Source: Gemmatimonadota bacterium (GTDB lineage Bacteria > Gemmatimonadota > Gemmatimonadetes > Gemmatimonadales > Gemmatimonadaceae). Taken from it: 41,647 nucleotides of DNA. The stretch is taken from positions 1 to 41,647 of the forward strand of contig JANMLN010000187.1 of NCBI GenBank assembly GCA_031372565.1, read 5' to 3'. The notes below the pieces were generated by a model that worked only from the letters and a program-made list of their open reading frames with translations, did no database searches and was not told the DNA's origin. The translations under genes were made by a program, and so were the position numbers. Shown here one piece after another: positions 37,020 through 41,647 of this stretch (positions within the stretch are counted from its first letter, which is position 1; every line of letters starts with the position of its first letter).

Positions 37020-40000
37020 CTACCTCGGCGCCTTCGACCAGTCGATATCAGCCCTGACGCCCGTCCACAGCACCAGAGGACCATGAAGGATCTTCGCGTC
37101 GTACGAGGATTCGCCAAGGCGCACGCGGAAGTCACCCTCGAGGTCGATCGATTCTCTGGAGAGCCAGACCGGTCGGCCGTTCACCGCCACGCCACAGCGA
37201 CCATCGGGTAGAATCTGCAAACGCAGCACCCACCATGTACCCGAGCGCATGCTGCCGGCGACCGACCCGAGATCGAATTGGCGTTCTCCAGCCCCATCCA
37301 CCACCATCCTCGTGGCGCCAAAGGTCCCGTCAGCCGCGGGAAAGCGCGCGGCGCACATCTTGTCGACATTGCCGAGCGCCGGCGAGCGACCCCGATTGTC
37401 CCAGCCGCGAAGCGCGAGCGTGTCGACCCCGGGGACCAGTTCCACCTTGGCCGCCTGCATGGTGGAGTGACTGAGCGGCGTGGACAACTGGACCTCCACG
37501 CCAAGTCCATCACGGGCCGTGAAGGCGGACCGGAGCACCGCTTGGCTCGCGTAGGACCCGTCCCCGTTGTTGTGGAATGCCCGCACGTTGCCCGGCCCGA
37601 GGACGACGCCGGGTAACGGAGTTCCGATTGCAAGCCAGCGCGTCGTCCAATCGTTGGTCCACGACTCCCGGACACGCGGCTGCGCTGCGGCCCCGACGAC
37701 CTCAAGAGCGAGTTGTGCAGTCTTCCAGCCTCCCAGAGAGACGTTCACGACAACGCGCCCGGTGGACAGCGGATGCAGCGTCCCCGTCGAGTCCACGGAG
37801 GCGACGGCCGAGTCGGTGGTGGTCCACGACATCCGTCCGCGTAGCGGCACTTCGGCGCCGCCCGCCGCGAGCGCCCTCACCCGCAGCTTGGTGGTGATGC
37901 CGACGGGTACGGCCGTCAGCGGGCCCGAGAGTTGGATGCGGTCGATCAATCGGGAGCGGTCGATCTCTCCCTCCCACCAGATGCTCGCGCTGGCGAGCGA
38001 GGCGGGAGTGGAGATGGGGCGCGCGAGTGCCGGACGCTCGAGCGGGATCGCCCACAATCGAACGTTCGGCGCATCCTGTTGACGCCCGGAGGCGATGAGC
38101 CATCGGCGATCCGGGCTCAGCACTCCCGTTTCGACATCCGGTACCGAGAGCGACACCGTCGCGTCGCGCGACCAATCGTAGCGGGCGAGGCGGCGGAGTC
38201 CGGCGCTATCCACGTTCACCACGACTTCGTCCAGCCCGCTCCAGCCAGTGACCCCAGCGACCGGATGGCCTCGCACGAGCCGACATTCGACGGTCGATTG
38301 CCCGTCCAAGCTGGTCAGACAGAGCATGGGCGTCGTTGTCCTGCTCCTGCGGAAGAAGGCGACCCGTGTCCCGTCGGGCGACACATGCGGATCCGTGTCG
38401 TGGTCGCTGCCGCGCGTCACCTGTCGCGCCACCCCCGTGGCCGTGTCGAACACGGCGATATCGTAGTCGTCCGCTCCGGCGGGAGACCAGCGGCTCGAGA
38501 AGCCGATCACCCCGCGGCCATCGGGCAACCATTCCGTCACACCGTCATCCCGCGCTGACGTCGTGAGTCGCTTGATGCGCCCGCCGACTGCCATCCATAA
38601 GTCCACGGTGTTGCTGTCGCCCATGTCCTCCTGCCACACGACGGCGCGGTGATCCGGACTCAGGGCGGCGATGCCGTTCGTTGCTCTCCGCAGGTATGCG
38701 ACGGTGGCGTCCGAGCGACGTGGCGATGGGCGCAGCGGGTCCGCGCGGCCCGCCCACTCGTCGAGGCGCATGGCAACCGCCGCCGCATCCGAACGTTGAG
38801 GCATGATGAAGAGGTGCTGCACGGCGGCATCTCGTCCATTGATGACGCGCGCGCGTGCAGCCATGGCGATCGCGCCGACGAGTGCGACAGCGGTGGCCCA
38901 GCGCACCCGCGATCGGTTCCAGAGACCGAGCCGCCAACGAAGCGGGAGTGAACCGACGAGGGCGGAGACACGCGGCGAGTCGAGGTGTGCGCCGAGCAGT
39001 TCCGCGGCAATGGCCCTGTACGGGCGCCGGTCTCCGTTCTCGCGTGCGAGGCGTGCCTGACGCCGGTAGAGCGCAAGGACCGCGGTCTCCTGTCCGGCCG
39101 ACTCGAAGTGCTGTGCCGCGCGCAGCAAGGAGTTGTGGTCGTGCGCCGCCCTCTGTGCGAAGAGTTCGCCAATGCATCGGTGGGCGGTGGTCCGTTGCTC
39201 ACGGGGGATTGCCTCCCGTACGGCGGCCGCGATCTCGTCGTGGGCCGTGATCCAGCCCGCGTCCGAGCGTATGACAAGACCGAGGCGATCGAGCACGTCC
39301 AGCGCATCGCGCATCAGCGGTTCAGATTCCCCGGCCACGGCAACGAGGGCGTCCGTCGGGATCGCGGTACCTGCCGTCGCCAGCAAGGTGAGCGCCCAGG
39401 TCGGCATTGCCGGAAGGCTGCGAACTCTCTCTCGAAGGGCCTCGCCAGCGCCGAGCAGCGACGGGAGGCGCGCTGCATCGAGGCAATGCCACTCGCCGTT
39501 TGCGAGCGAGAGAATGTCGCGATCGACAGCGAGCCGAAGCGTCTCCAGCATCAGCAGCGGCGATCCGCGCGTGGCCGCATGCAATCTGGCGGCGAAGTCA
39601 TGACTCCAGTCCTGGCCCGGGTCAATCGTGCCCATGCTGGTCACCAGCCGTTCAACTTCCGCCGGCGTGAGCGGTGCGAGCGACAAGACGGTCGCGTCGC
39701 GACCGCCTGGATACCGATCGGGGCGCGCTGCCGTCAGGCAGAGGACGCGTGCGTGCTGCAGACGCGAGCAGAGGCCCTCGAGGACGAGGTACGACTGTTG
39801 ATCGAGCCAGTGCACATCATCGACGGTGAGGACGAACGGGTGGTCGTCCGCGACGGATAGCACGAGGTCGGTGAGGGCGAGAATGCGGTTTCGGAGCGCC
39901 TCGTCGCCGGTGACCGCGTCGGCCGTACCCGAGAGAGTCGACGAGATCGCCGGATTGAGCGCGATGAGCGTGGAGGTCGACGCTGGCGCGACGCCCGCCG

Positions 40001-41030
40001 CGCCGGGGAGTTGGGAGATCGCAAGTGCGAGGTCGCCGGCGAACGCGTAGGGAACGTCGCGATCACCGGGTGCGCCGCGAAGTTGCACCACACGGGCGCC
40101 GACGGCGCGGAGCCGCACGATGACGTCCTGGAGCAGTCGGGTCTTCCCGAATCCAGCGGGCGCACTGACGTGCACGCGCCGGGCAGGTCCGGACTTCGCT
40201 CGGTCCCAGGCCCCGGTGATCGTCGAGAACTCCGTCTCACGACCGGTGAGTTCTGCGACCAGTCCTCGATTGTCCTGCGGTGCGGCGGCGGGCTGCGCCT
40301 GGCGCGCCCTGCCGACCATCTGCCGGGTGGCAGGCTCGAGCTGAAGGTCCTCGTCCGCGGCCCATCGCTCGAGCGAGTCCGCCTCGACCCGGGCCGTCAC
40401 GAAGTCTCCGCCGGAGATATGCGACTCGAGCAGGAGACGCCACGCGATCTCCGACTGCGGCGCTTCGTGGTGAACCCGGCGCGCGAGCTGCTGCGCCTCC
40501 TTGAACCGAGCGGCGTGCAACTGGCGCCGAACGACCGTCTCCGCGCTCCGCACATACGCCGCTCGGAGGCGATCGCGTTCGAGGTCAGCCCAATGTTCGA
40601 ACGCGGCGCCGCCCGGAATCCCGAAACTGGGAAGAAAGGGCCCGGTGTACGCGGCGACTGCAGCCTCGAGGTCGCCATCCGCCAGCGCGCCGAGGAAGCG
40701 ATCGCGGTCCGCGTCCAGCGGACGGGCGAGCGTGAGTTCTTCGTGACCCTGAATGACGCCGTCGCCGAGGAGCCGGCGAAGCTGCCAGAGCAGCTGGCGA
40801 AGCCCGGCGCGGGCTCGCTCCGGTTCCATGTCTGCCCAGAGCAGGTCGAGCAGGTACTCCCTGGTGGCAGACCGACCGGGCGCGAGTTCGAGGAAGATCA
40901 GGAGCGCGAGCGGCTTGGATGGACCCAGCACCAGCTCGCGCTTGGGTCCCGCATACAACCCAGCACCGCCCAGCGTGACGAGCGTTAGCGGGGCGTCTGT
41001 CGGCGATGTCGCAGTTAGTCCGTGGCTCAT
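37020..41030 (-). CDS. SARP/BTAD - AAA ATPase - TM - PD40 beta-propeller - Ig-like transmembrane regulator
   Basis: N-terminal KPLALL..REYLLDLLW and YTGPFL..FEHWADLER; Walker A APAGFGKT, Walker B VDDVHW; hydrophobic WATAVALVGAIAMAA; SPDG repeats; Big_2-like WTTTDSAVASVDSTG. Confidence 0.85.
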   Translation of the reverse strand: MSHGLTATSPTDAPLTLVTLGGAGLYAGPKRELVLGPSKPLALLIFLELAPGRSATREYLLDLLWADMEPERARAGLRQLLWQLRRLLGDGVIQGHEELTLARPLDADRDRFLGALADGDLEAAVAAYTGPFLPSFGIPGGAAFEHWADLERDRLRAAYVRSAETVVRRQLHAARFKEAQQLARRVHHEAPQSEIAWRLLLESHISGGDFVTARVEADSLERWAADEDLQLEPATRQMVGRARQAQPAAAPQDNRGLVAELTGRETEFSTITGAWDRAKSGPARRVHVSAPAGFGKTRLLQDVIVRLRAVGARVVQLRGAPGDRDVPYAFAGDLALAISQLPGAAGVAPASTSTLIALNPAISSTLSGTADAVTGDEALRNRILALTDLVLSVADDHPFVLTVDDVHWLDQQSYLVLEGLCSRLQHARVLCLTAARPDRYPGGRDATVLSLAPLTPAEVERLVTSMGTIDPGQDWSHDFAARLHAATRGSPLLMLETLRLAVDRDILSLANGEWHCLDAARLPSLLGAGEALRERVRSLPAMPTWALTLLATAGTAIPTDALVAVAGESEPLMRDALDVLDRLGLVIRSDAGWITAHDEIAAAVREAIPREQRTTAHRCIGELFAQRAAHDHNSLLRAAQHFESAGQETAVLALYRRQARLARENGDRRPYRAIAAELLGAHLDSPRVSALVGSLPLRWRLGLWNRSRVRWATAVALVGAIAMAARARVINGRDAAVQHLFIMPQRSDAAAVAMRLDEWAGRADPLRPSPRRSDATVAYLRRATNGIAALSPDHRAVVWQEDMGDSNTVDLWMAVGGRIKRLTTSARDDGVTEWLPDGRGVIGFSSRWSPAGADDYDIAVFDTATGVARQVTRGSDHDTDPHVSPDGTRVAFFRRSRTTTPMLCLTSLDGQSTVECRLVRGHPVAGVTGWSGLDEVVVNVDSAGLRRLARYDWSRDATVSLSVPDVETGVLSPDRRWLIASGRQQDAPNVRLWAIPLERPALARPISTPASLASASIWWEGEIDRSRLIDRIQLSGPLTAVPVGITTKLRVRALAAGGAEVPLRGRMSWTTTDSAVASVDSTGTLHPLSTGRVVVNVSLGGWKTAQLALEVVGAAAQPRVRESWTNDWTTRWLAIGTPLPGVVLGPGNVRAFHNNGDGSYASQAVLRSAFTARDGLGVEVQLSTPLSHSTMQAAKVELVPGVDTLALRGWDNRGRSPALGNVDKMCAARFPAADGTFGATRMVVDGAGERQFDLGSVAGSMRSGTWWVLRLQILPDGRCGVAVNGRPVWLSRESIDLEGDFRVRLGESSYDAKILHGPLVLWTGVRADIDWSKAPR

Positions 41031-41229
41031 TAGACGGTGTCCAGACGTGCGGGCCATTGAATGGGACCGTGCGCTGGTCGTTGGGCCAGTTCTCCGAACT
41101 CCGTCTGCGTCAGCTCGCGTGAGCCAATGCCTGGGTCGCTCCGGCTAAGCTGCGCGCGCTGCGGCGAGCGGGCAAGGGGGAGTGCACAGGCAACCGATTG
41201 TAGCTCGCCCATCCCATACCGGAGGACCG

Positions 41230-41647
41230 ATGCGTCTCACCCGACTGATCGTCGCGGTGGCTGCGGTGGCGCTCTTGAACGCGTGCGCTGCCGACCACAT
41301 CACCGTACCCAAGGCGAACGAACGAACGTCGTCCCTCGTGTCGGACGCGAACCACAACGGCGGCAATCCTCGCTTCTTCTTCCTGCCGCCGACCGTCGCG
41401 CCCAGCCCCGGTGCCGTCGGCGGGTCGACAGGCGCGTTTGATGCCTCGCTGCAACCCACGGTCACGATCTGCGCCCTCGACCTCCCCGCCACAGCCCGGG
41501 AATCCGATGTCCAACAGGCGACCCCGTGCAAGCCGGGAGGCTACTCGCGCACCATTCCGTTCGGCACCTCCGGCAACGTCGTTCGGCTGCACGCACCGCG
41601 CAACCGACGACACGGCGACGGTGACGACGACGAAGATGATGATGATG
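41230..41647 (+). CDS. Lipoprotein, 5' part only (runs off the window; absent from the ORF track)
   Basis: GGAGG at 41221-41225; MRLTRLIVAVAAVALLNAC lipobox; SDANHNGGNPRFFFLPP; frame stays open to the window end, finishing in poly-Asp. Confidence 0.85.
   Translation, partial: MRLTRLIVAVAAVALLNACAADHITVPKANERTSSLVSDANHNGGNPRFFFLPPTVAPSPGAVGGSTGAFDASLQPTVTICALDLPATARESDVQQATPCKPGGYSRTIPFGTSGNVVRLHAPRNRRHGDGDDDEDDDD

Noticed and set aside
41031..41060. AGACG repeated at 11-bp spacing as a SARP binding site
   Set aside because: Only two 5-bp copies, which is too weak to distinguish from chance.
41620..41647. GAC/GAT trinucleotide run
   Set aside because: It is an in-frame poly-Asp tract of the truncated lipoprotein, not a separate repeat element.

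Overview
A very GC-rich bacterial chromosomal window with about 34 genes. It looks like Gemmatimonadota, inferred from protein families rather than from any search. I see no rRNA, tRNA, CRISPR array, integrase or transposase. In order, it holds: glycogen synthase; a secreted alpha/beta-hydrolase; a lipoprotein serpin; DUF2252; a TauE plus MBL-rhodanese sulfur-detox pair; a zincin/beta-propeller/beta-barrel outer-membrane protein; an aromatic amino-acid catabolism region (acetoacetate-CoA ligase, hppD, hmgA, a crotonase, paaABCD, MFS); a cohesin-dockerin-like lipoprotein; DinB proteins; vapBC; ArsR-SRPBCC; a DAO-family oxidoreductase; a sigma2-FecR hybrid; OmpA with TSP3 repeats; rmuC; a TM-GGDEF-REC cyclase; a BTAD-ATPase-TM-propeller regulator; and a truncated lipoprotein. 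The best candidate for an undescribed system is a probably leaderless 33-aa Trp-rich uORF (WSRWW) in front of hppD-hmgA. Its Trp-Trp codons are complementary to the hppD ribosome-binding site, which suggests Trp-sensing translational control of Tyr/Phe catabolism. Also notable are the cohesin-dockerin lipoprotein, the sigma2-FecR hybrid, a relic gene-start duplication bounding a 5.7-kb block, REP-like repeats, and many leaderless or bidirectional promoter candidates.
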